A stretch of 64,000 nucleotides of DNA. Source: Reclinomonas americana ATCC 50394. Taxonomy: Eukaryota. The notes under the pieces are model-generated. The model was not told where the DNA came from. It worked only from the letters and a program-made list of their open reading frames with translations, and did no database searches. The DNA lies in contig PS015009.1 of NCBI GenBank assembly GCA_048213135.1, forward strand, positions 744,001-808,000, written 5' to 3'. Position numbers and translations under genes: made by a program. Below are positions 1 to 9,855 of the stretch, in pieces. Positions within the stretch are counted from its first letter, which is position 1; each line of letters opens with the position of its first letter.

Positions 1-1134
1 TAGCACTTCGCGGCTGATCACCAGTTTTTGTATTTCGCTGGTGCCCTCGCCGATGGTGCAGAGCTTGCTGTCGCGGTAGAATTTTTCTACGGGAAAATCT
101 TTTGTGTAACCATAGCCGCCAAATATCTGAACAGCATCGGTACTTACTTTCACCGACACTTCGCTGGCGTAGTATTTTGCCATGGCAGCTTCCTTGGTCA
201 TGGGCAGGCCACGCATTTTAAGATCGCAGGCTTGTTTTACGAGCAGTTCTGCCGCTTCTATTTCTGTGGCCATATCGGCCAGTTTGAAACTGATGCCCTG
301 AAAACTGGCGATGGGCTGGTCAAACTGGTGACGTTCTTTAGCGTATTGTACAGAGGCTTCATAAGCACCGCGGGCAATACCCATGGCGAGTGCCGCGATA
401 GAGATGCGACCTCCGTCGAGTATTTTCATTGACTGCTTGAACCCTTCCCCTACTTCACCCAGGCGGTTGCTGTCGGGTATACGGCAGTTGTCGAACACCA
501 TTTCGGCAGTTTCGCTGGCACGCATGCCCAGTTTATTTTCCTTTTTCCCTGCACTGAAACCGGGTGTGCCGCGTTCCACGATAAAGGCGGAAGAATTATT
601 TTTTGCACGGGGTTCGCCGGTACGGCAGATAACAACAGCCACGTCGCCGCTTTTACCATGCGTTATCCATGATTTGGTACCATTAAGTACCCAATGGTCG
701 CCGTCTTTTACAGCCGTGGTGCGCATGTTACCGGCGTCGCTGCCGGTATTGGCTTCCGTAAGCCCCCAGGCGCCGATGTGTTCCGCGCTGGCAAGCTTGG
801 GCAGGTATTTCTTTTTTTGTTCTTCATTACCAAAAGCGAGGATATGGCCGGTACACAGGGAGTTGTGCGCCGCCAGGGAAAGCCCTACCGATCCGCATAC
901 TTTGGCGATCTCCTGAATGATGGCATTGTATTCATAATACCCCAGGCCGCTGCCGCCATAGGCTTCGGGTACAAGTACGCCCATAAGGCCGAGCTTACCC
1001 ATTTCCTTGAAAATATGCAGGGGGAATTCCTGGCTCTCATCCCATTCCATAAGATGCGGCCGGATCTGTTGTTGCGCAAAATCCCTGGCCGTTTGAGCTA
1101 CCTGTAGGGTGAGCTCATCAGTGGTAAAGTTCAT
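1..1134 (-). CDS. Acyl-CoA dehydrogenase (3' end runs off the window; absent from ORF track)
   Basis: Manual translation MNFTTDELTLQVAQTARDFAQ...GAWGLTEANTGSDA...LNGTKSWITHG...KLGMRAS...QIFGGYGYTKDFPVEKFYRDSKLCTIGEGTSEIQKLVISREVL; canonical ACAD motifs. Confidence 0.95.
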   Translation of the reverse strand, partial: MNFTTDELTLQVAQTARDFAQQQIRPHLMEWDESQEFPLHIFKEMGKLGLMGVLVPEAYGGSGLGYYEYNAIIQEIAKVCGSVGLSLAAHNSLCTGHILAFGNEEQKKKYLPKLASAEHIGAWGLTEANTGSDAGNMRTTAVKDGDHWVLNGTKSWITHGKSGDVAVVICRTGEPRAKNNSSAFIVERGTPGFSAGKKENKLGMRASETAEMVFDNCRIPDSNRLGEVGEGFKQSMKILDGGRISIAALAMGIARGAYEASVQYAKERHQFDQPIASFQGISFKLADMATEIEAAELLVKQACDLKMRGLPMTKEAAMAKYYASEVSVKVSTDAVQIFGGYGYTKDFPVEKFYRDSKLCTIGEGTSEIQKLVISREVL

Positions 1135-1177
1135 ATAGCAAACAATCGTTTAGGGCTGCAATTTAGGGGTATTTTGC

Positions 1178-1201
1178 GAAAACTAACAAATGTTAGTTTT
1201 C
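1178..1201. promoter_or_regulatory. Palindromic operator-like site upstream of the acyl-CoA dehydrogenase
   Basis: GAAAACTAACA-AA-TGTTAGTTTTC, perfect 11-bp arms, just upstream of a minus-strand TAAATTGC promoter-like element (~1158-1165). Confidence 0.6.
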
Positions 1202-1228
1202 AGGCAGTATACCGGTTGGATGGCTTTG

Positions 1229-1320
1229 GTTATCCCGACGAAGAGCCTGTCCCGATAAGGAACGATCGGAAGGGATTTCTTTCCTGTGACGAAAAGATAC
1301 CTCGTTACCTCGGTATGACA
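1229..1320. repeat. Degenerate REP-like palindromic element
   Basis: Imperfect inverted ends GTTATCCCGACGAAG ... CCTCGTTACCTCGGTATGAC, with nested CCGAT...ATCGG hairpin. Confidence 0.4.
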
Positions 1321-1369
1321 CGAGGGAGAGAGGACTCAAACTGGTTCACTACCGTTTTCAATTGACGGA

Positions 1370-2305
1370 TCAGGGTTGAACAGTAATATAAGGCAGTAAT
1401 TTCCTGTAAATATCCTCCGTTACCATCATTATATTCCTGATCCCTGAGGGTTCTGCAAAAGCCCCGTGTTGCTGCCGGTACTGCACAATCGCGTTGGCCA
1501 GCTGGTAACGGATATAGGGATGCTGTTTCATTTCTTCCAGCGTTGCTGTATTGATGTTGACCTGTTTCACATGCCCCGTCAATTGCAGGTAAGGTTTTAT
1601 TTTCTGAAAAACGGAGTCGGCCAGGCCGAACACCTCTCCTACCTGGCTGGTTGAATAGAAGCCTCCCAGTTTATCGCGGAAAGTAATGATGCGGCCAGCC
1701 AGTTTGCTGCCGATGCCGGGCAGGGCGATGAAGGCGGTGGTATCGGCCTGGTTAATGTCCACGCTTACCGGTGCCCTTACCAGCCTGGTATAAACGGGTT
1801 TCGCCGGTGATGAAAATTCCGGGTGGCCTGCTGTACCTGCTGATGCAATGCGTACATAGGGCTGTAACCGGTCTGCCTCGCCAGGCCGCAGTCCCCATAC
1901 TTTATGGATATCCTCAGGTGAACGGAACCGCCCGCCTTTGCTGATGTACTTCTGAATGGTAGTAATGGTTTTGTCCCTCAGTCCCAGTTTTTTCCATCCT
2001 TCCGGGGAGAGGGTATTGGGGTCAAACGCAAAAAGTTCACCACTGGTCGTTGCTTCGCCAGTATTATTATAAGATCGCGGACTGTACGTTTCGTATTCTT
2101 TCTTCTCCGCATTATTGCTGTCAATTACCTGCAGGGAGGCGATGGCCCGCTGAAAGGCCGTATCCGCAGCTGGTGGTGCCGGGGTAAACAAAGGATAAGT
2201 CCGCGGCAGTAAAATCAATACCAGGATGATGCCCGTCAGCAACAGGATACCATTGCGTTCCTTTTTTGTAAAGTCGAGGAAATGATGTTCGGGCCGATGA
2301 TTCAT
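1370..2305 (-). CDS. ComEA-like helix-hairpin-helix DNA-binding protein, N-terminal TM anchor
   Basis: Repeated HhH units (FDPNT, VDINQADTTAFIALPGIG, VNINTATLEEM). Confidence 0.85.
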   Translation of the reverse strand: MNHRPEHHFLDFTKKERNGILLLTGIILVLILLPRTYPLFTPAPPAADTAFQRAIASLQVIDSNNAEKKEYETYSPRSYNNTGEATTSGELFAFDPNTLSPEGWKKLGLRDKTITTIQKYISKGGRFRSPEDIHKVWGLRPGEADRLQPYVRIASAGTAGHPEFSSPAKPVYTRLVRAPVSVDINQADTTAFIALPGIGSKLAGRIITFRDKLGGFYSTSQVGEVFGLADSVFQKIKPYLQLTGHVKQVNINTATLEEMKQHPYIRYQLANAIVQYRQQHGAFAEPSGIRNIMMVTEDIYRKLLPYITVQP

Positions 2306-2373
2306 AGGTGTAACCTACACTTCGGTGCCTTCACAACAAAGAGAAAAAAACATTTTATCTGGGGAAAAATCTG

Positions 2374-3153
2374 CTACGAAAAATAGAGTTGCAACCCGTC
2401 GTAGCCAAGTGAAATACCATCCGGCAAAGCGGCATTGATCTCTGTATGCAGCCCCAGCTGGTGGCTGATATGGGTGAACCAGGCCCGCGGAACACCCAGT
2501 TCCTGCACCAGGTCTACGGCTTCACCGAGGGTGAAATGGGAGATATGTTTTTCATGCCGCAGTGCATTCAGTACCATGGCCTCACTTCCTTTTATTTTTT
2601 CTTTCTCCGATTCATCAATATGATTGGCGTCGGTGATGTAGGTAAAGTTACCAAACCGGAAACCCAGCACCGGCATCTTCAGGTGCATCACCTGTATGGG
2701 CTGAACGGGAATATCGCCTACCATAAAACGTTCGGTGCTGATGGTGTTCAGCCGGAGATCAGGCAGGCCCGGGTATTTGGTATCGGAAAACGCGTAGGCA
2801 AACTCCCTCTTCAGCGATTCCTGGGTGAGTGTATTGGCGTACAGGTCCATGGGTTCCTGCTGGAAAAAATTATAGGCCCTTATATCGTCGAGACCGGCGA
2901 TATGGTCTTTGTGCGGGTGCGTGAACAACACAGCGTCCAGTTTTGTTACACGGGCCCTCAGCATCTGGTAACGGAAGTCGGGTGTGGTATCCACCACCAG
3001 CGTTGTGGCGGGGCTTTGAACAAGGATGCTGCTGCGCAGGCGTTTATCCTTTTTATCGGCTGATGTACACACGGCACAGGAGCACCCGATCATGGGAACA
3101 CCACTGCTGGTACCGGTACCTAAAAATGTTATGGTTAAAGGAGGATGCGGCAT
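2374..3153 (-). CDS. MBL-fold metallohydrolase (PhnP-like)
   Basis: FLGTGTSSGVP-x-GCxCxxC, THPHKDH, THISH. Confidence 0.9.
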   Translation of the reverse strand: MPHPPLTITFLGTGTSSGVPMIGCSCAVCTSADKKDKRLRSSILVQSPATTLVVDTTPDFRYQMLRARVTKLDAVLFTHPHKDHIAGLDDIRAYNFFQQEPMDLYANTLTQESLKREFAYAFSDTKYPGLPDLRLNTISTERFMVGDIPVQPIQVMHLKMPVLGFRFGNFTYITDANHIDESEKEKIKGSEAMVLNALRHEKHISHFTLGEAVDLVQELGVPRAWFTHISHQLGLHTEINAALPDGISLGYDGLQLYFS

Positions 3154-3236
3154 GCTTCTGCAACAGGCTGTAAAATAGTGAATCTGCTACAGAAAAGACC
3201 GCAACCTCCTTCGAATCATCATAAATCCCGTGATCT

Positions 3237-5600
3237 TTATTTTTCCCTGGGCATACGGTCGGCCTGTCCTTTTTTCCTGTTGAACCGGTAAACAACGGTA
3301 CACATCAGTTGCGGCCCCTGGCGTTTGAAAAAATCATCGAAGTAATAACCCGGCGCATCAACGGTTTGCCTCGATTCCTGTGAGTTAAGTAAGTTATTGA
3401 TGGCGAGGATCAGCGACAGTTTATCCTGGAAAAAGTCTTTCGACAAAGCCAGGTTGGCCCGGTATTGCGGACGGGTTACGGCCTGTACATTCTTGTTCCT
3501 GGCCCTGTAGTTGAAACTGATATCCACCGAAACTACTTTAGGGAACTTGATACCGGAACGTATGGTGCCGAACCAGGTTTTGTCTGACACTTCATATGTT
3601 TTTCCCTGGTAAGCGCCATCCTGCGAAAACTGGTAGAAATTGATATCCATCGACAAGCGCCACCATTTGAAGGGGTTATAAATGGTTGACAGTTCTGCTC
3701 CGAATCTTTTTTCCGTTCCCAGGTTCAGCGGTGTGCTGATGAAATAGCCATCGGGTGTTTGCTGTTGTATGAAGTCAAAATAACCGGTGGAGTACTGGTA
3801 ATAAACCCCGGGGTTGATGGTGAGTTTACCTGTTTTTTTCAATACCCCCAGTTCAAATGAATTGGTGTACATGGGATTGAGATCGGGATTACCCACGCGG
3901 AGGTTTCTTGTATCGGAAAGCCCGGCAAAGGAGTTCAGCTGCCAGAACCTGGGCCGGTTGATCCTGCGGCTGTAACTCAACTGCAATTCCAGTTCATTTT
4001 TCATGCTGTACTGCAAATGCACGGTCGGGAAAAAGTTGATGTAGTTCTTTTCCTTGTCAACGGTATTTTTCCTGTCCGCGATTTTGATGTTGGAGAATTC
4101 AGCACGAACGCCCAGCAGGTAGCTCAGCTTTTTCAGTTTGCTGCCGTACTGCACATAAGCGCCGTAGATATTTTCATCGTAAAATAATTTATTGTCATAC
4201 TCAGGCAGGGATGCGCCATTAAGCGATGCCGAGTATTCGCTGCGGATGGCCCGTAAGTCACCACGGATACCGGTTTCCAGCCGGCCTTCTTTACCTGCGG
4301 GGGTTACATAATCGCTCTGGATAAAAATATCATCGCTGCTTTCAATATCCCTGGTTACCATGTCCAGCGCTGTTCCCGTACCGGGATGCACTTTCTGCTG
4401 GCCGATGCGCTGGTTCTCATCATCATTCCAGAAATCATACTGCAGGTTGGTGGTCCATTTTCTTCCCGGCTTTTTGAATGTCCGAACATAGTTCAGTTCC
4501 AGTTCATTGAAGATCTGCGGTTCGCGGTAATCTTCAGAACGGGTGATGCTGCTGTCCAGCTGGCCGTATTTATTAAAATAGTTGTAGTTATACCGGCCGG
4601 TGTCTTTATTATCGCGGCGGGCATAATAATAACTTCCGGTAAGTGTATTCCTGTCATTAATATAGTAGTCTCCACCGATATAGAAGTTCGTATTCCCGTT
4701 GCTGGCTTTATAACCATTCCTTTGTTGCAGCACCGATTCATTGCCCCCGCGGTTCTGGCGATATATGTCTTCATTGCTGAAAGACTTCACATAGCGGTAT
4801 CCCATATTCGAAAAAATATTCACCTTCTTTGTCTTGTAACTCACATTGGCATTGATGCTGTTGTTCGACGGACTTCCCATACTTCCCTGGAGAGAGGCGT
4901 TAAAACCGTACTGAGAATTTTTCCGCAGTACAATGTTGATGATACCGGCGCTGCCCTGTGCTTCGTAGGCTGATGACGGGTTGGTGATCACTTCAATTTT
5001 TTCGATACTGGCAGCGGATATCTGGCGAATGCCGTCACTGGTGGTCAGCATGGAAGGTTTGCCGTTGATGAGGATGCGTACATTACCATTACCTCTCAGG
5101 CTGATATTACCCATGGGGTCCACATTCACCGATGGCACATTGTTCAGCACGTCGGTGGCGTTCCCTCCTTTTGAAAGAATATCCTTACCCACGTTGAACA
5201 CCTTTTTATCTGTTTTTAATTCGATATCCGATTTGGTGGCTACCACGGTCACATTGCCGAGTTGTTTCGCGTTTTCCTCCAGCTGGATGGAAGTAAGCGT
5301 GGTGTCCCTGGAAATAAGCGTTGCCGGCAACAGCAGCTCTTTACAGTTAACGGCTTCAATCTTCAACAGGTAAGTACCGGGAAGTACCTGTGCGGAAAAC
5401 GTTCCTGATACTTCGGCGGTGAGGGATTGCGGTTTACCCTGTCCGCCTGCAGGTATGAAGCTGATCGTTGCCGCGGCAACGGGTTCTTTTGTACGGGAAG
5501 AAACGATCTTTCCTTTTACCGTAACAGTAGCGGGTGTTTGTGCAGTGGCAGCCGACCATAAACCGAAGATGGCCGCTGCAAGCAGTTGTACATATTTCAT
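3237..5600 (-). CDS. TonB-dependent-receptor-like outer-membrane beta-barrel protein
   Basis: Signal peptide from MKYVQ, carboxypeptidase-regulatory-like N-domain, plug (EVITNPSSAYEAQGSAGIINIVL), GNPDLNP, YRF near C-terminus. Confidence 0.85.
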   Translation of the reverse strand: MKYVQLLAAAIFGLWSAATAQTPATVTVKGKIVSSRTKEPVAAATISFIPAGGQGKPQSLTAEVSGTFSAQVLPGTYLLKIEAVNCKELLLPATLISRDTTLTSIQLEENAKQLGNVTVVATKSDIELKTDKKVFNVGKDILSKGGNATDVLNNVPSVNVDPMGNISLRGNGNVRILINGKPSMLTTSDGIRQISAASIEKIEVITNPSSAYEAQGSAGIINIVLRKNSQYGFNASLQGSMGSPSNNSINANVSYKTKKVNIFSNMGYRYVKSFSNEDIYRQNRGGNESVLQQRNGYKASNGNTNFYIGGDYYINDRNTLTGSYYYARRDNKDTGRYNYNYFNKYGQLDSSITRSEDYREPQIFNELELNYVRTFKKPGRKWTTNLQYDFWNDDENQRIGQQKVHPGTGTALDMVTRDIESSDDIFIQSDYVTPAGKEGRLETGIRGDLRAIRSEYSASLNGASLPEYDNKLFYDENIYGAYVQYGSKLKKLSYLLGVRAEFSNIKIADRKNTVDKEKNYINFFPTVHLQYSMKNELELQLSYSRRINRPRFWQLNSFAGLSDTRNLRVGNPDLNPMYTNSFELGVLKKTGKLTINPGVYYQYSTGYFDFIQQQTPDGYFISTPLNLGTEKRFGAELSTIYNPFKWWRLSMDINFYQFSQDGAYQGKTYEVSDKTWFGTIRSGIKFPKVVSVDISFNYRARNKNVQAVTRPQYRANLALSKDFFQDKLSLILAINNLLNSQESRQTVDAPGYYFDDFFKRQGPQLMCTVVYRFNRKKGQADRMPREK

Positions 5601-5801
5601 GGCTATACTTTTCACAAATATGACCATTAAACCCACCCGGAAATTGCGGTGCTGTCACATCAATCCCTTTTATCGACAGATGGCCCTGATTGGCCGGAAA
5701 ACATTGTTGGGAGGCTAAGCCGGTATTTTCGTCGCCGCTTCGGCCCTTTTCATCGACAGCCGGTCTGTGTATCTATAAAGCTTTCTATTTTTGGGAAGCA
5801 T

Positions 5802-6914
5802 ATGCCTTTTATAGAACGACTCATCAGCTTCAGCTCGCGCCACAGGGTGCTTTCCCATATCCTATTCTGGACAGGATTGTTTATGGTGCTGTTCTTTCGT
5901 TTTGACCCGTACGGCCGGAATCATGATCCGCTCACGAGCGAAGCGCTCGATACTTCTTTTTGTATCTCTTTCGCCATGATGTATGCTTACTTCCTGGCCT
6001 ACCGGATTATTCCCAGGTTAATAAAGTCGCACCATTATCTACGACTGGTCATCGAGTTCATTGGCGTAAGCTATCTTTTGTCGGCTTTATTCAGGATCAC
6101 GGTCGTACACGTACTGGAGCCACTGGTACGGCAGCGGCCATTTGCACAGGAATCCATACAGGAGATACTGGTTGATGTGGTAAAATTATTCCACTCGTAT
6201 TATCTCTACATGCTTGCTATATCTTTCTTCTTCGTTTTTATCAAGCTGGTGAAGAAACAGTATCAAAGCAATAAGCGGGAACTGCAACTGGAAAAACAAA
6301 AGGCCGAATCGGAACTGACGGCTTTAAAAGGACAGCTGAACCCGCATTTTCTTTTCAATACCCTGAACAATATTTATTCGCTCACTTTATTACAATCCCC
6401 TGCCGCTCCGCAGGCCGTAGCCCGGTTGTCTGAAATACTCGATCATTTGCTGTACCGCTGCGACAGTATGTATATTCCCATATCTAAGGAGATCGCCCTA
6501 TTGCAGAATTATATTGAACTGGAAAAACTGCGGTACGATGATCGCCTGCAGGTGAACTTCCGGCATAGTACGGATAAGGATGCAGACATCGCCCCGCTGA
6601 TCCTGCTGTCGTTGGTGGAGAATGCGTTTAAACACGGCGCGGGTGAAGACGCGGGCAGTCCTGTTATTGACATCAGGCTGGAACTGAAAGACAATATTTT
6701 CTCATTTGATGTAACCAATACTGTAGCGCCGCGGGAGGAAAAAGCAGGGACGGAAGGGATCGGCCTGGTCAATATCCGTAAGCAACTGGAGCTGATCTAC
6801 CCGGAAGTACATACCTTTAAAACCACATTGCAGGAAGGCCGTTTTACCGCAAGCCTGCAGTTATTTTTATCAACAGAATCCCAAACACTTGACAACCCGC
6901 TGCCTGATCGTTGA
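5802..6914 (+). CDS. LytS/YehU-family sensor histidine kinase
   Basis: About 4 TM helices, QLNPHFLFNTLNNIY, VENAFKHG, GIGLVN; start moved to ATG 5802 after TATTTTTG promoter-like motif. Confidence 0.92.
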   Translation: MPFIERLISFSSRHRVLSHILFWTGLFMVLFFRFDPYGRNHDPLTSEALDTSFCISFAMMYAYFLAYRIIPRLIKSHHYLRLVIEFIGVSYLLSALFRITVVHVLEPLVRQRPFAQESIQEILVDVVKLFHSYYLYMLAISFFFVFIKLVKKQYQSNKRELQLEKQKAESELTALKGQLNPHFLFNTLNNIYSLTLLQSPAAPQAVARLSEILDHLLYRCDSMYIPISKEIALLQNYIELEKLRYDDRLQVNFRHSTDKDADIAPLILLSLVENAFKHGAGEDAGSPVIDIRLELKDNIFSFDVTNTVAPREEKAGTEGIGLVNIRKQLELIYPEVHTFKTTLQEGRFTASLQLFLSTESQTLDNPLPDR

Positions 6915-7599
6915 TGATGAGCCCCTGGCCAGGAAACTGCTGCAAAGCCATATCGGGCAAATGGAACGGCTTGAGCTGGCCGGCCAGTGTTCCAATGCCA
7001 TCAAGGCATCCGAACTGCTGCGTACCACCGAGGTAGACCTGCTTTTTCTCGACATTAAAATGCCGCAGCTTACCGGCATCGACTTTTTGAAAATGCTGAA
7101 GAACCCGCCGGCGGTGATATTGACCACAGCTTACCGCGAATATGCCGTAGAAGGATATGAACTGGATGTGGTGGATTACCTGCTCAAGCCTGTTACATTC
7201 GACCGGTTCTTCAAAGCGGTGGAACGCTATCATGTAAGGGTGACGCCTAAAGAGACCGGGCAAAAGATCATCAGCCCGCAACAGGAAGAATTCATCTATA
7301 TTAAGACCGGTAACAAATTTCACAAGATCAATACACAGGAGATCATCTTCATAGAGAGTACCAAAGATTATATTGTGGTGCACCGCAGCGGGGCGGAAAA
7401 GCTGACTGCCAAATACAGGATCAGCGACCTGGAAGAAGACCTGAAAGGAAAATCTTTCCTGCGCATTCACCGGTCATTTATTGTAAACCCTTCGAAGATC
7501 ACGGCTTTTACTTACCAGGATGTGGAGTTGGGTACCATACAACTTCCCATCGGGAACAGTTATAAGGAGTATGTCATGAAGATGCTGAAAAAAATATAG
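6889..7599 (+). CDS. LytTR-family response regulator
   Basis: Receiver (IVDDE, FLDIKMP, DYLLKP) plus LytTR FLRIHRSFIVN; TTG start overlapping the kinase end. Confidence 0.93.
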   Translation: MTTRCLIVDDEPLARKLLQSHIGQMERLELAGQCSNAIKASELLRTTEVDLLFLDIKMPQLTGIDFLKMLKNPPAVILTTAYREYAVEGYELDVVDYLLKPVTFDRFFKAVERYHVRVTPKETGQKIISPQQEEFIYIKTGNKFHKINTQEIIFIESTKDYIVVHRSGAEKLTAKYRISDLEEDLKGKSFLRIHRSFIVNPSKITAFTYQDVELGTIQLPIGNSYKEYVMKMLKKI

Positions 7600-7609
7600 A
7601 TTGGCGAAG

Positions 7610-7879
7610 CTATTTACCGGCTTCAACGGTCATGATCTCTTCGTACATTTTCTGGCTCTCGTGGGTGAGGGCGTCGATGCTGATCTCCAGTTGCGGCATA
7701 AGATCAATAAGGGTATTGATCCTTCCTTCTGTCTGGAAAAATTTATTGAGAACGATCACTTTTTTGGCCTGGAGGATGCAGTAACCACTCTGGAAGTTAC
7801 CGCGTTCATAACGGATAATGTAACCGCATTCTTCCGCAATCCTTTCAATCTTATCTAATGTGCTCTGCGTATATTTCAT
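7610..7879 (-). CDS. Small hypothetical protein
   Basis: Clean ORF MKYTQSTLDKIE...IRYERGNFQSGYCIL; minus-strand TAAATTTG promoter-like motif upstream. Confidence 0.75.
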   Translation of the reverse strand: MKYTQSTLDKIERIAEECGYIIRYERGNFQSGYCILQAKKVIVLNKFFQTEGRINTLIDLMPQLEISIDALTHESQKMYEEIMTVEAGK

Positions 7880-8004
7880 AATCATCAAAAGCCGGATACG
7901 GCCCCTTGTCCAGCAAATTTAACAAAGATGGACTGCCTTTGGTTTTGATACTTATCCACAAACGTTTATAAATCAGTCAATACATGATTTGATAATATAT
8001 TAGT

Positions 8005-8080
8005 GACTACAGACGACCGGCCACTGACCACATGGCAGTTTTTCAATTGTCACATTATCAAATTACCTCATTGTCACATT
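8005..8080 (+). repeat. Composite GACNACA heptamer + ATTGTCAC/ATTATCAA octamer repeat, copy 1
   Basis: Shares the exact 19-mer ATTGTCACATTATCAAATT (8046-8064) and the upstream heptamers with 14700-14770. Confidence 0.75.
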
Positions 8081-9635
8081 ACTTATTCGTCATCCTTATC
8101 ACCGGAACGATCATCTCTTCCAGGCTGATGCCGCCATGCTGGAATGTGTTGCGGTAGTAATTGGCAAAGTGATTGTAATTATTGGGGTAGCAAAGGTACA
8201 GGTCGCCCTTGGCGAAGATGAAGGAAGAATTCACATTGGGAACCGGCAGCCCGGCTTCACGCGGATCGCGGAAGGCCAGTACTTCGCGGGCCTCGTAATT
8301 AAGGTTGCGACCGTGTTTATAACGCAGGTTGGCGGTGGTTTGTTTGTCGCCTATCACCTTAGCCGGTGTTTTTACCCTTACGCTGCCGTGGTCTGTCGCA
8401 ACGATCATAGTGAGTTTTTTCTCGGCGATTTTTTTCAGCGCCTGGTGCAGGGGTGAGTGTTCGAACCAGCTTTGCGTAATACTCCTGTAACTGGTTTCAT
8501 CACCCGCCAATTCTTTCAGCACTTCCATTTCGGTACGGGCATGGCTCAGCATATCCACGAAGTTGTAAACGATCACATTGATATCGTTTTGCAGCATGTT
8601 ATGGATATTGTCCACCAGTTTCTGCCCGTCGTGGTTGTTGGTGATCTTGGTATATGAATATTTCAGGTCGGCTTTACCCAGCCGTTTCAGCTGCGCTTTA
8701 AAGAACTCTTCTTCAAACATATTCTTTCCACCTTCCTCATCGTCATTCTTCCACTGTACGGGAAATTGTTTTTCGATGTCGATGGGCAGCAGGCCCGCAA
8801 AAATAGCATTACGGGCATACTGTGTGGCTGTAGGTAATATAGAGTAAAACGTTTCCTCCTCGTGTATGCGGAAACTCTCCGCGAAAATGGGTTGAATGGC
8901 TTTCCACTGGTCAAACCGCAGGTTATCGATGAGTACAAAAAACAATGGTGTTCCCTTTTCCAGGTGGGGCAACACTTTGTATTTCATGAGTGTATTGCTC
9001 ATGATGGGACCGTCGGTGCTTTTCGGACTTACCCAGGAAGCATAATTTTTTGAAATGTATTTGAAGAATTCGGTATTCGCTTCATTTTTCTGTGTCTGGA
9101 ATACTTCCAGCATTTCCGGGCTGTCGCTCTTCTTCATTTCCAGTTCCCAGTACACCAGTTTTTTGTAGATGTCCATCCACTCATTATAATCGGGGTTGCT
9201 GTTGAGCGCCATGAACAGGCTGCGGAATTCCTGCTGGTAAGCAGAGGTGGTTTTTTCCGCTACCAGGCGTTTATTGTCGATGATCTTTTTAAGACTGAGC
9301 CATACCTGGTTGGGGTTGACGGGTTTGATGAGGTAATCGCTGATCTGCGAGCCAATGGCTTCATCCATCAGGTTCTCCGCTTCGTTTTTGGTGATCATCA
9401 CCACGGGCAGGTTGCTGTTGGTTTCCTTGATCTGCTGCAGGGTTTGCAGGCCGGTGATGCCGGGCATCGTCTCATCCAGCAACACCACGTCCACGATGTT
9501 TTCCTTTACATATTCCACCGCATCGAAGCCGTTGGTTTTAGTAGCTACGGAATACCCTTTGTTCTCCAGGAACATGATCTGAGATTTGAGGCTGTCAATT
9601 TCATCGTCTACCCAAAGTATAGTTGCTGTATTCAT
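8079..9635 (-). CDS. porX: PorX: receiver + PglZ/alkaline-phosphatase-like domain response regulator
   Basis: ILWVDDEID receiver, IDNLRFDQW, ILPTATQYARNAIFAG, TDHG, FQHGGISLEEM; 518 aa; divergent from HD gene. Confidence 0.92.
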   Translation of the reverse strand: MNTATILWVDDEIDSLKSQIMFLENKGYSVATKTNGFDAVEYVKENIVDVVLLDETMPGITGLQTLQQIKETNSNLPVVMITKNEAENLMDEAIGSQISDYLIKPVNPNQVWLSLKKIIDNKRLVAEKTTSAYQQEFRSLFMALNSNPDYNEWMDIYKKLVYWELEMKKSDSPEMLEVFQTQKNEANTEFFKYISKNYASWVSPKSTDGPIMSNTLMKYKVLPHLEKGTPLFFVLIDNLRFDQWKAIQPIFAESFRIHEEETFYSILPTATQYARNAIFAGLLPIDIEKQFPVQWKNDDEEGGKNMFEEEFFKAQLKRLGKADLKYSYTKITNNHDGQKLVDNIHNMLQNDINVIVYNFVDMLSHARTEMEVLKELAGDETSYRSITQSWFEHSPLHQALKKIAEKKLTMIVATDHGSVRVKTPAKVIGDKQTTANLRYKHGRNLNYEAREVLAFRDPREAGLPVPNVNSSFIFAKGDLYLCYPNNYNHFANYYRNTFQHGGISLEEMIVPVIRMTNK

Positions 9636-9637
9636 AA

Positions 9638-9738
9638 GTCAAATTAAAAAGTAAAAAGTAAAAATTCAAAAGGTGCTGAAAAAAGATGCTTTTTCATCTC
9701 CGTTCATTTCAACTTTTGAATTTTGCCTTTTGAATTTC
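9638..9738. repeat. Inverted short-period A-rich/T-rich repeat arms
   Basis: AAATTAAAAAGTAAAAAGTAAAAATTCAAAAG ... CTTTTGAATTTTGCCTTTTGAATTT. Confidence 0.6.
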
Positions 9739-9855
9739 AATGCTTACAAATATAATTTTTTACCCCCAAGCTTAGTAGCTTTGCATCACTTTGTATATCT
9801 TTTAACATATAGATGAAACGGGGCGCCGTCTTTATTACGGTATCCCTCCAATAAC

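Noticed and set aside
28..1107. Plus-strand ORFs 28-432, 383-916, 694-1107
   Set aside because: Antisense shadows of the minus-strand acyl-CoA dehydrogenase, which the ORF track missed because its stop lies outside the window.
7952..7960. Perfect DnaA box TTATCCACA next to AT-rich sequence (possible oriC)
   Set aside because: Only one box seen, with no cluster or origin-associated genes.
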